From Fimbriosthenelais zetlandica (taxonomy: Eukaryota), in assembly GCA_977030845.1 (NCBI GenBank), contig OZ365118.1, positions 17,112,001 through 17,176,000 of the forward strand: a stretch of DNA of 64,000 nt, written 5' to 3'. The position numbers were made by a program, and so were the translations under genes. Positions 14,121 through 26,049 of the stretch are shown one piece after another. The notes below the pieces were generated by a model, which saw nothing but the letters and a program-made list of their open reading frames with translations, made no database searches and was not told the DNA's origin. The stretch's first letter is position 1. Each line of letters begins with the position of its first letter.

Positions 14121-15560
14121 ATAGAGGGATGATTTTTATATCAGAAAACCGATACAATATTCCGAAGATGATATCTTTGTCTACCTTACGATATTGTCTA
14201 AGGCTTGTCAGGTTTTGAATAATATATAACTTATACTTTGGAAATCTACCCCACTCCCGTAAAAAAATAGATATCTCTTCACCATTAAACAAAGCCACTT
14301 TTCGGAATTTCCACCGAGGGATCTTTTTACATTTCCTGCACACAAACAATGTATGTTGTCATTGAAATGTGATATTTGAATGGAAAACAAATGAGGTCTT
14401 AATATAATCTAAATACCTGGGGTGACCTATACACCTATGTGTGCCCCCATAGGGAGTTACACATTTCAAGATCGGTTACTTTTCATTTTATTTGTATTAT
14501 TTGTTTTCTTCATTTGGTATTATGACACTATACAGGTGTTGTCAATGGGGGTGTGTGTAAATTGTGTTACCAAATACACAGTGTATTTTATCAGGGTTGA
14601 CTGGATGGAATACAGGTATTATGATGGGATGTGTGGGTCGTGTCTGTAACAACACACTCAATGTGTGCATACCTTACAGATGCTCACTAGTGATGTGTGA
14701 GTGTGTGTATTGTGTGTGCGTTAGGCAAGGCTGCATTCTGCTCCTCACATTGCCGTTTTGTACCTTTGTTGAGGGAATGTTGAGGACATTATGAATTATG
14801 ATCTCCACTCTGTTTTCAACATTATATGACATGTACCCAACACTGAAATGGTGCTATCCATATAGGGTTCCCAGGTAGGGTGACTCAATGAATTATGTAG
14901 GCCTAAAGGCATTCACCCAAAGAATAATATAAATATGGATTATTAATTTACATAAGATGCTAAAAGGGTTAGCTTGGCATGTTCCCAAATCGTAGCTTAG
15001 ATTAAATTGGAATTGTCCCTATAGTTGGAGGATTAATTTGATGCGAATGATATTTATGATATAGAATGATAAAAGATTAACTATCTTTTCTCACAGTTTC
15101 ATTTGCTATTCAGTTTAGGTTATGTTTTCAATTGAGGTATGCTTTTCTGATCCAATCATTGGGGTTTAGCTGAGGTGGTTCTAGGGTGTTTGTCAAAGTT
15201 TTTCTTTCAAATTTCTAACAGCTGGATGGAGAATATGTGTGAAGAAAGGGGTTCATATGCATATAGATTACATATTTATGTACAGAGACCCATATTCTCT
15301 GGTGAGAGGGTGAGTGAAAAATTGCTCCAAATTACAGGCCATCCTCACGCCTTGTCCCATCGCCCTCCCGCTCCACCCTATAAATCATACCGCCTTACAG
15401 AGTAAGATCTTACAAACATCTCCACCACTGCTCCTTACTTCAATAAATGGCCATTTTTCGGTCTATAATTTGCTTTGCTCTCTGAAAATGAGCGATTCGA
15501 ATCAGCAATTGAGGGATCTTAGGTACAGACAGGAAATAAACATAGGAAATGAGCAATCAG

Positions 15561-15636
15561 GGGGCTGCTTCAAAGAAAAATGATTGACATTTCATTGGTT
15601 ATTCCATCATATATATTTTGGTTATGAAACAGACCC
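15561..15636. mobile_element. Short TIR element with CAG target-site duplication
   Basis: cag|GGGGCTGCTTCAAA ... TATGAAACAGACCC|cag; 14-bp TIR with 3 mismatches. Confidence 0.7.
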
Positions 15637-17086
15637 CAGACCTATATATTGGCCCCTATACCATGGTTGCATGTTATAAGCGTTTCCTCTGAATCTCTTG
15701 TATTAAGCCTCGTAATAAAAGCATGCAAGTCATGTTTAAAACTTGCTTAACCATACGTAACTTGGAATAATAATCTTTACCCTTGCTGCATCCTTCTTAA
15801 ACTTTATCACGGACATGTTCCCACAGGGGCTAAATCCCCAGGCAAAGGCAAGCGACCAATACCGGGGTCTGTATGCTTTCTACAATGCCCCACCCCCTTT
15901 ATGAAATGACCCCATTTTCAGGACGAGAGACCTGTCAAGAGATATTAAATGTTGATGTATTCACCCCAGCCACTTAGGGTAACATATAATTTCACATCTT
16001 TCATGCTTGCCTGCTCGCCGCGTCTTTGCGGTTGACAATATATGCATGTGTTGAAAAGAATCACTACCGTGCATATCCCGATACGTGCAGAGAAGATTAA
16101 AAAACAACTTCCATGATTCCCTCAAAAAAATATACCTCACTCGCTTAGTTTTTTCATCTCCTGAAAGAAATATGACGTTTATTTGGAGACACCTTTGGTG
16201 TGTGGATGATGAATGGAGGGAGGAAATGTGGAGGGATGTTAATTTCCTGAATTTGACAAACCAACGCCCATCATGATTATATATTTCATTGTGAGATAAG
16301 TACCCATCTGCTAAATGATTGAAGATGTTTTCAAGATGGGATTTAATAGAAAAGTGTTGACATTTTAACAAAGGTCTGCTATAAACCTTATGGTTCATTC
16401 GTCCCTGTATAGTAGTAAATATAGGGTATAATTTTCCCCGGGTGTTGGCTGAGCTATAGACACTAAAAATAGAAATCTACAGATGATGTTTCACAAGATG
16501 CACGCCAATATAGAAGAATATTTCTCCGATATGTTTTTTAGAAAATAACAATTAAACGTGCGTGTATACGAAAGACATTTTACAAACAAATTCCTTTTTA
16601 AATCTTTTCAATCTTTCAATGGAATTGAAACACTACCAAATCACAATGGTTTCCATCACAGTATAGGATACCTGAGTGTTTCCATGTATTTCTGATCTCT
16701 AAGCCTCTTGTATAGAGACTGGACTGAGCGCGTGCAGGCGTGGTAGGGGGTGATCCTGTCCCATGCTGTGAGCTGGCAACTGAGGGGAAAAGTCAAAATC
16801 ATGCTGAACAGTTGAATAGCTAATTTGGTATTCCATGTATACTATACCCCCAATATAAGTCCCTCTGGGGGCTATTCAATAACAAATTAGCCATGGAATG
16901 TCAATGACTTCATCTTTTATTTGAAACTATGTCTAAATCTTTGCCTATAAGACAATAGTGTTCCCATCTGATTTGGCATGATGCTGGACAATGTGCCGTT
17001 TTAACCATCAAAACATACGCTTTCCTTGGACATGTTTATTTCTTTCAATCCATTCCATATCACTCCAGCGTGAAATGAATCAGAGT

Positions 17087-17169
17087 GGGGCTGTTTCTAA
17101 AAACAATCTCAAACTATAGATTTATATAGACTTGACTAAAGGCTCGGATCATTTTTATGAAACAATCCC
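17087..17169. mobile_element. Short TIR element (MITE family)
   Basis: Left GGGGCTGTTTCTAAAA; right TTTATGAAACAATCCC. Confidence 0.55.
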
Positions 17170-19242
17170 TTTAGTCATAGATGCAAAGCCAGTTCCAACT
17201 GTCAATATAGCGTGCCCGGACTTGTAATTGATGTCCACTCGGCATGTAAATGTTTCATTACATCAGTTTAGTGAGTCCAGTCAATTGGTGACTGGAGGTT
17301 CATTAATCCATTTACTCCACCACTCAATACCACATTTACTATTAGACCTTCATTTCTTTCAATGATAACAAATCAGGGACCCCGAATAATTTATGAGCCC
17401 TCTCTCTAAAGTAAACAATCAAGGATGATTTTGAAGGGTAATTTTCTACCTGCGCATGCTTAAATCGAGATGCCGGACCCAAAATGCCTTTGGGGGCTTT
17501 TATAATGAATTAATAGGATCTAGGAATCGGGAATCAATGGGTGAGGGGTCCAGGACAAGCACTGGTTCGTGACTCGGGGGTCGTTCTGCTCGTTACCTCT
17601 TGCTGGCATATTTGATTTACTGGATAGAATCTTGTTGGTTACATGGGAGTAAAGATGCTAAACCTGCTTCGAAGATGCACTACATTTAACCATATAGACT
17701 TAATTGTCGTTGGCTATCATATCTTCTTTTAGATTTGGGAAAAAACGTTCGATGTTTAATTTTGGGAATTTTTCATAGATTTCAGGATGATTTTCATTTT
17801 CATAAATGATATCTTATTTTAGAAGAAGTTTTACTTGGGCCTGGGTCCGATTAAAAATTTATATTAACCCAGCATTTTGGGTTTCCCATGCCTACCCTAA
17901 CTATAGGGGTATTGACATAACAAGTACCATTCACATTTCCTCGATCATTTACCTTCATGTGATGCTTTGAACGTATATCTTGAACAGTCATCTATCATTT
18001 CCCTGTCAAAGAGACATTTTCATTCATTTTCACCTGGAAATTTCCCCAGTAAATGTCTGCCGATTTTAGAGGCGATCAATAGCAATCAGTGCCGTAAACT
18101 TGTCAGCAACTGTTTGAACATTATACCACCAAAGAAATGTGAGTGGTTCAAATGTATTCATTGATGAAAGGAAGCCACATGTCGGTTACCATTTCATTGT
18201 CCGGGAAATTACCTTCCTGAAGCCCATAACCAGCATGGAATTGGAAGTCTCAATGCAAATCTGCCATCACTCTTTCCCCCCTTATCAAGATGAGAATTTA
18301 TTGCTTGAATATAGCGTTGCTAAACATTTGGGCCCAGCCTTTCTTGTTAGGCCCAACCCGATAACCGATCGGTGGCATTATCTAAATTGCGTTAGGGGCC
18401 AATTTTGCTCTTTCTTATAAAGAAAGAGAGGTAGTGTGTATGTATGTAGGGTTGGGGGTGGGGGTTGGTGGAGGGTGTAATCATACACTATTGTGTAGGC
18501 AGTAAATGCTTGGTTTGGTCAGCCCTCACCTACCCTGTAATATAGACCAATTGTCCATGCTTCACCTCCTGGATCAAGCTAACATGGGCTGACGTTTCCA
18601 CGCCGATTGACCTCCTGCTTCCTTTGGTGGCAAGTGGCTTAGAAAGAGGGAAAACTTGGTGTTAGGAAAGAAGGTAGGGGCTATTCCAGGCTTATAATAA
18701 TGCCTGAACAGACTGCAAACGCTTCTAGATGGTTGTGTTTTTCTTGCCAAAAGCCAGCAATCGAAAGCGCTGATTAGCTTTTCTAATCGAGTCATTGAGG
18801 CTTTGCGTTGCCTCAATAGAGGTACTAGCTTTTGGGGCTGGCAGTGCACAAATAGACAGACCAAATTGGGTGCATCTATAAAAGTCACCTGTTCCATGAT
18901 CGCGACTCCCAAAAAGCTTTGGTCTGTTCAAGCATAAGAAAGGTATGTTTGAAAGGTGATAGGATTCCACAATGGTGGACTCTGTGTTGGTGGTTTGATA
19001 TTGTAATAACAGCCTAAGGACCTTAGGCTTGATCGTTCACTCTCTCCCCTCCCAACACCTGGGCCCTTGGTAGAGCCATTCCAGGTGTAAAATTAACCAC
19101 CAAGTACAAGTGGGGGCTTTTGTCAGACCGCCTGGCTAATGCCAGACTCGGCGGGACTTGCTGGCCCATGCTCGGTTGCATGTCCTGTCACTCCTCCCCT
19201 CGTCTCCCCTGGTCACTCCACTGAAAACAGTCAAGCTATGCT

Positions 19243-19296
19243 CCCCACGCCAACCAATTCATCCCTTGTGGTTGGTCATTGCCTCGTATATAAAAG
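19243..19296 (+). promoter_or_regulatory. Candidate plus-strand TATA promoter
   Basis: CCCCACGCC 19243-19251, CCAAT 19254-19258, TATATAAAAG 19287-19296 in canonical order and spacing. Confidence 0.35.
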
Positions 19297-19788
19297 GTAT
19301 TGGTGAATTAATTGATCTCACAAATACCTCGGATTATTCAGCTTTAGTAAGCGATACTGAATTTAGCGTCTCACAAGCATTGGTTTCATGCATGAGCTTT
19401 ACAGCCACATGCAGTGAAATTCAATCACTTTTCAAATTGAGGCTTTTATTTCCCCCTTATTGCCCCCTTTGATGTTTAAAGAAACATGCTATAGCACCAA
19501 CATTTCCAATAGTGCAATGAAATATGCACAGTCAAAATTGACCTTTTATTTTCCATGCATATATAATACAATGAGTTTTCAACGCATTGTTTCAAATTCC
19601 GCGGTTAAAATGCAGCTTAAAAAAATCAAAATAACTTTGCCATTTCCTTTGCTCAGGAAAAGCCCATTATTCAAAGACCATGGACAGCGGGGTAGAATAA
19701 CTTTGGCAGCGCTTAGATAAGCAATTACAAAGATCATTGACTTCAAGGCTGTCAAAAAATCTCAGGGCTACTGTGACACCAGACGATC

Positions 19789-19802
19789 GCACTAGGGGGC
19801 AG
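19789..19802 (+). promoter_or_regulatory. CTCF-like motif
   Basis: GCACTAGGGGGCAG matches the core CCASYAGRKGGCRS at 13/14 positions. Confidence 0.45.
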
Positions 19803-20964
19803 TCATGTAGTGGTTATTCATCCAGGGGCTTTCCCATGGTGAGGGGGCCCTATAGACATGACCACATCTCCACGGTCCGGAAAATTCACCATAAAAGACT
19901 GAAATACACGAGGGCGGGACTGGTAGGGCACGCGGCCAAAACACCCATATGTCCCCTCTCTCCCCCACTCTCTCCTTTCCCTCTATGCTTTTAGTGAGTG
20001 GCAGTGCACAAAATAAAGTGCCAATTCCTTGTATTATTGAAACAATAGGGGCTTTCTTAAATTACTAACTAAAGAAAAGGGAATGTAACAGTAAATGGGG
20101 GGAATTTTCAGGGGGAATTTTTCGAGGCAATACTCAAAAATGTGTCCTTGTCCTCCAAATCATTGAAGAAAGTGAGTACAGGATTAAAACCAAAAGAGGA
20201 AATTCTCCCCTTATGGGAGGTATACATAGGCAGTGTTCACCTGATATATGTTTTGCGCCTTGATGAATGAATAGAGAGAAAGCTATCTCTCTATGCACTG
20301 CCTCGTACATCAGCCACACTCATAAAGACAACCATTGGATACGGTGTCGGCAGTGTACCCCCTACAGAGCCGTTATGGTAGAAAGTTAAACTCCCCACCA
20401 TTGTAAGGCACCTGGGAGGAATATTACCATGGTCGAACCCCCGGAGCGGCCGACATGGGTGGGTCAAGACCTACAGCCCCACTCTTATGTTTCATATACA
20501 GAGAAAACTGAAAGGCCAGGCTGTGTGTGGATGGATTGGGATCCGATATATATAAATCCAAGCCTTGTCCTGCCTCACTCAGGCCGATATGTAAAGAAAT
20601 AGAGGAGGGTAGGGGGACTGTCCAGGCTGTTCAGTTAATGCACATATTGGAATATTTATTACCAGTAGGTGGGTCTGAGGTTAGTGTGGTATGAACATAG
20701 ATGTAGAATTTAGAGCCATTGCTTTTCACAACACAACATTGTCCAGGTAACGAGAATTCTTGCGGTTTCAAATAAGTTATTTTCCCCAAGAATGTGTCTA
20801 TTTCATAGGCTTAGTCTATGGGGGATATATAATATATGTCCTTTGTATCTGCGCAGTATAACTGCAGAGTGCCAAGAACTATTTCATAAATTTCTCATGA
20901 AATTGGGCTTTATTCATATGGGCTATTTCATATATAGTTGATGAAATTGATCAATAATACAAAT

Positions 20965-21797
20965 TCAAATATTTCATTTGGTACATTTTATTATTTTTGG
21001 TAACCAGCCAGGGGTCACCAACAATCACAGTTGGTTTTAATATATAATACAGTCATCTCAGGAAAATATTCAGAACCATAATATTTACAATAATAACTTC
21101 TTTTGTATTTGAATCATGAAAGTACTTGATCAAACGTGTTCAGCAAATATTACCATCACATATGATATGTTTCTTATGTATCTTATATCGATTTACTGTC
21201 AATTTCCGAAGCTAATTATTCTCCTTAGAACCTATCAACTTTCACTTAATATTAATTCTGTATTTTAATGCAGAAAGTATTTACACACATTTTTCGCCAT
21301 TTTCACAAAGCGATCAATGTCTAGCACCATATTAATGAACTTGAAACAATGAAAATCCCATCTTAATGTAGTCATGGAAAGAGCCCTTCTCTTTGAGATT
21401 CTCGTAATGTATTTTGGAATGTATCGCAGAAAGATTGAACATATATACATAAATAGAAAATAGCTCCACATTTTTGTGGAAAAAATACTTAATCTATGTA
21501 CGGAAAAATAGGAATCTTACATAGATCTATACTTAACTAATCGCAATTCTTGGCAAATCTTCAATCCATTACCACAAACGAAAATGATACACCTTAGGGT
21601 AAGTTTCATTATGAACAGTTCATTGCAATAACCAATGGTAGAGAATGACTTCTTGCAGCACTTCTTTTTCCTGAAACATACCCATGCCCTTGGCATATGT
21701 AGGGTAGGATATTCAAGATTTGCCTATTGCATTTCCTTAAAAATCTAGATAAATACATTTGCTGTCATGTGTATTGCAGTTTTTGAATGTCCTAGGG
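20965..21797 (-). other. Protocadherin 3' UTR (end approximate)
   Basis: AU-rich sequence after the TAA, with three TGTA[A/T]ATA elements and an AATAAA at 20987-20992 followed by a U/GU-rich stretch. Confidence 0.55.
20987..20992 (-). terminator. Polyadenylation signal AATAAA
   Basis: TTTATT on + strand, about 810 nt after the stop; TTTGTATT lies downstream on the minus strand. Confidence 0.5.
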
Positions 21798-22285
21798 TTA
21801 CACATGACTGGCATTGACATTGACGTAGTAGACATATTCCTTATCCTCGTCACTATATTCAGACTCAGTCTCCTCCTCGATATAGCTATTGTTACTATTA
21901 CCCAGGTAATTATTGTCTTTGTGATGATGGTTTCCATGGTGATTTAGTCGGCCATGATGGGTATTATAAGCCCCATGTTGAGGGCCAGGTACTGTAGGGA
22001 CACTAGGTTTATTTGATAGTCTGTGGTGGGGGTTGGAGGTGTGGGGCTGGGGGTTGAATGTGGTAGCACCCTTTAGTCTCTCAGAGTTGGTATTTTTTAA
22101 ATAGTTCCTCTCTGATGGGGGGTTGTTGTGGAACCTGTCTGAGGAGGGCCGCTGAGATCCACCGGAAGTGCGACTCTGCTGCGCATGCTCAGATTGCATT
22201 TGTACTACTCCGCTGAGCCTCGTTCTGAAACTGCCTTTGTTGACGTGGAGATCATTATGGGATGGCGGACGAAGTAACAATCCAT
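21798..22285 (-). CDS. Pcdh: Protocadherin terminal coding exon C (DGLLLRPPSH...EYVYYVNVNASHV*)
   Basis: 3' part of track ORF 21798-22376. Acceptor atttcatttctttctttcag|ATGG in phase 1. 161 codons to TAA. Low-complexity S/H/N and acidic composition typical of a disordered tail. Confidence 0.88.
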
Positions 22286-24000
22286 CTGAAAGAAAGAAAT
22301 GAAATATATAAAATCTGTCTACAATATATAGTTTGGACTGAATCCAACTTGCCAAGTGAATAATTACACTATGCATACATATATGATAATGTATTCAGAG
22401 AAAAACTGTAATAATATAGGCCTATGTGAAGGTTTGTAAAAAGAAAACTTTCTTTTAAAAAGAAAGATAAAAAAGAAAGATTAATTTTCCCTGAAGCAAG
22501 ACATGGTTTGGTAAATCCCATCTGTGTTTTTGGTGAAGCCAAACCAACTAATTTCACGGGATGTCAAGGAGCTTTTTAGCCTGAGGGCTAAATTACAAAG
22601 CTCAAATACTTGACAAGATCGAGAACAAAATCCCCAAAACCTACAGGCACTCCGGGCATGAAAATCTCCAACACAAATGTCAGTGGAGTTAATTCGGCGT
22701 GTGAAAGACAATGATAAGCCTCTATTGCTATATTGGTTTATCCCAGTCCTAATGACTGTGACATATGTGGGAGTTCCTACCAAACATAGCAACAAAACCA
22801 GGGTAAATGGCACAAATGTGAACCCAAATACTTCACAACATACCGCCAAATCCTAAACAAATATCCCAACTTGGATAGGGCTACCTTTGCTCGATTTCAA
22901 TGGGAAAACCATGAATTGATATGAACATCATAACTATTTTCAGTAAACGGGGACCAAAATATTGAAGACACTTTTGAGTGAAAGATTTGGCATTTCCAGT
23001 ATTTTCAGATAGTGACATCTCGAGTATGAGTTGACAGGTATTGACAGCAAGGTATTAATTAGGAGTGTTTGCGTCCAGGCCGGGGCGAGTGTGCTTTACC
23101 ACATTGACATGGGGATTAGGAGTTAGAAGGGAAGTAGGTGTGGAGGACCCTATGGGCGGGGAAAGGTGGAGAAGGGAAGAGGGCAATGAGTTCTTTACTT
23201 GAGAGAATGTGTTAATGTGAGAGTGAGGGAGTGTGTGGGTTGGTGGATGAGTGTGTGTGAGTGCGGGTCTATGGGAGAGGGCCACCTGGGATGCTGAGGA
23301 GTGGGCACCCTGCCCAGCAGGGGCTCGACTCATTAAAAAAACAATCCTCAAGTACTGGATAATACTAATTTTTCCATTTAAAGTTACCTACATTATTATG
23401 CTAGGGAAAATATTTCCCCATCGAATAGCTATAGATTGTTTGATTGACACCAGCATTCTTGGTGCGCATATGACCCTTGGTAGGATATTTTTATGGAACA
23501 GCCCCTTAAATAAATAGAAGCAAACATAGAGAGTAGGGGAGTGGGGAGGCCGGTGCCTAACATGACCCGGTGAAATGACCTGCCAAACAAAAGTGTGAGC
23601 TTCAAGTGCAGAGCACACAAGACTCGGATGTCCAGCCCACCTCTGGACACTGCCTCACTGGTCATCGATTGTCCAGCATGTGACCGTAAAATGATGCATT
23701 AGGACACGTTCCTGCGTGCATGGTCACTGCCCAGTCAGTCCCTCTCCCCTTACCCCTCATTGACCATCATAGGTCTGGGACAAAATATATCTTCTATTAT
23801 TCAAACCAGCTTTTGTGCCTTCTTCCCATTCATACTTCCTCCCAAACCCAGATGATCCATTGGGAAGATCCCTCAGAAACCCTTGTATTTCCAATACAAT
23901 ACAAAGGCAGAACCCATAGCCATTCATCCCCCAACCCCAATATGACACCCTGAAAGAATAGGGGATATCTTTTAAGGGAATACATGAAAGAGATGCTTAC

Positions 24001-24145
24001 CTTTAGCAATATGGGCGTGGTCTGGATCCAGCATGTTGGCCCTTGTCTCAGTAGTGTCCCCTTCATTACTGCCCCGCCCACTATCTGTGATTGACAGGGC
24101 CGCCGAGTTGGTGCTATCCGAGTCTGCCTCCTTGTTTAAACAATG
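24001..24145 (-). CDS. Pcdh: Protocadherin cytoplasmic exon B (HCLNKEADSDSTNSAALSITDSGRGSNEGDTTETRANMLDPDHAHIAK), phase 0-1
   Basis: Acceptor ttttattttcttgcag|CAT, donor AAAG|GTAAGC. 145 nt open frame containing DSGRGSNEGD, which resembles the protocadherin CM1 DSG motif. The phase-1 end fits the next exon (G+AT = Asp). Confidence 0.9.
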
Positions 24146-24649
24146 CTGCAAGAAAATAAAATCTATTTTTAAAATGTGATCTTTAAATGATTGCTATATA
24201 TCAAGTGCATTGCCTGGAAGGCTTGCAGCGGTCCTAAGCCCGTAACCTCTTAATAGCGAGTGCTTTGTTTTAACACTGCGCGCTGCTATAGCTAGCAACT
24301 GTGACTTGCCTTTCACCCCTTAGTGTTTGAGGAACTAAAAGGCGAAAACTAAAAGTCTATTTTTTGAAAATCCTTACCATCTTTTCCCACGCTGCATGAA
24401 ACAAAATACACAAAGAAATGGCCTTAATTTGGGGAAATTTTGTTTCGTTTGAATAGTGTTTCCTGAGAAATGTTTATAGGATTTACGCTTCATAGTTTGC
24501 GCATTAGTTGGGTGTGAGTAGTGCAAGGAAATGGTTCATTGGATCGGGCGACCCCGACTTAAAGGTGCTAGGTTATTCCACATTACGCAAACGTTTTTAG
24601 CGTGAATTTCATTTTAAATTCGATGAATAATTTCTAACAAAGAAGTAGG

Positions 24650-24657
24650 TGACGTCA
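24650..24657. promoter_or_regulatory. CRE palindrome TGACGTCA in the intron between exons A and B
   Basis: Exact 8-bp match only; function unknown. Confidence 0.2.
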
Positions 24658-24955
24658 TTGAAATAAAGTGGTAATTAAATTTGTCAATTGGAAATTATAG
24701 TTCATTGTAAATAGCCATGCAAGTAGCATTTTCAGGTCACCGTAGTTTGCGATTGACAATTTAGATCCACTGTAGCAGAAGATACCTTGGATTGGATTTT
24801 ACTTGAGCTTATATCTATCCGATGAAGGAAAAGATTTCAATTTAGATCTTCTATTATAGGCAGGCCTAGGCCTATACATGAAATATTTAGATATCTAAAC
24901 GTATTTAAGATACTTAACTTAATAATAGATTTAAAAGAAATTTAGTAATATTTAC

Positions 24956-25240
24956 CTGTAAATCTTCGGGTGTATGATCTAGTGAGGTCTCGTGTTGAGA
25001 TGAGGGACTAGTAAGGCCGGTGCCTCCTGCTTGGTGGAGGCCCGGCCGTGGGTGGTTTAAAGCCAGCTGATGAACGCTGGGGTAACCGCTGCTGCCGCCC
25101 GCTGCTCCTGCCGCAGACTTGGCGCTACCCGCCGCAGACTTGGCGCTACCCCCGCTGGAGGCGTGGGTGGCCGGAGTGCGCGACTGCCCGCTCCCGCCTC
25201 CTGCACTGCTACCACTGCTACTTCCCCGAGTCTGGGAATA
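24956..25240 (-). CDS. Pcdh: Protocadherin cytoplasmic exon A (95 aa, Gly/Ser/Ala-rich, YSQTRGSSSG...HTPEDLQ), phase 0-0
   Basis: Acceptor ttttttgtatttttcag|TAT, donor CAG|GTAAAT. 285 nt, open in frame 0, GC-rich island in AT-rich flanks. Phases match both neighbours. Not in the ORF track on this strand. Confidence 0.88.
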
Positions 25241-26049
25241 CTGAAAAATACAAAAAAAAATTATATTTTAATTTGTATTGAAGATACAAGGATTTCAAGT
25301 TATTATAGTAGACCTGCAGAAGGAGGTCTGTCTCACGAAGGAGAGATCCCTTTTATAATTATTTTTAGAGAATTTGAAAGAAAATCTCTTGAATCATTGA
25401 AAGAGAAAGTGAGTGATGGGGAGAGAAGGCTTTGAGTTATTGTATCCGTTTCAGACTTATTCTCTGAACCCATTATGCCTTATAAAAGGACCTTTCAAAC
25501 ACCTGGACTTAAAATCCATCAGATGTCTTGCCGACTGACCTATAGGCATGTTAAACCAACTTAAACCATACCCTACTCCTACCTCTACCTGTCCGCAACC
25601 AAGGGGGCTTCCTATTCACCCTATAACTGATCCATCTACGGGATTAAAACCCTTAATAGGAACTCCCTATTATCCCTCCATGGCACCCTATAGGTACTAA
25701 CATGGCCAGGCTAAAAGCTCGAGGAATTTGATGGTTGGATAATGAATGGAAGATGACTTTGATTTTGTAATATGGGGATAATGCATTATGGATAATGGGG
25801 TGGGAATATGAAGGTAAAGTCAGGGTTAGTTTGGGGTTAGGGTATGTATGAGTGGTGTGGGGTTCTATGTAGAGATTAGGGTGTATATAGGTAAGGGGTG
25901 TAAGGTAGATGGGTCTGTCAATCAGTGCTATTCACCTGTACCTGTGAGGGGGAGATGGGCAGGCAGCATTAAATAATCCTACCTCTAATGTGTATGGGTG
26001 AGCATGGCTTGTCAACACCATGAATAAGATCACCTTTTACATTACCTCT

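Noticed and set aside
11629-16398. ORFs of 138 aa (11629-12045) and 145 aa (15961-16398)
   Set aside because: No domain similarity I can recognise and no supporting splice signals.
20404-20411. miR-124 8mer site (GTGCCTTA on the sense strand)
   Set aside because: Lies beyond the likely polyA site at about 20970; relevant only if a longer UTR exists.
22286-22376. First 30 aa of track ORF 21798-22376
   Set aside because: Lies upstream of a clear polypyrimidine/AG acceptor, so it is intronic.
23571-23712. Possible extra exon between B and C reading GTCPNASFYGHMLDNR* (YGH recalls CM2)
   Set aside because: No polypyrimidine tract, an early stop, and no GHSDxCW consensus.
25048-25435. Plus-strand ORFs (77 and 121 aa)
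   Set aside because: Antisense shadows of GC-rich minus-strand exon A.
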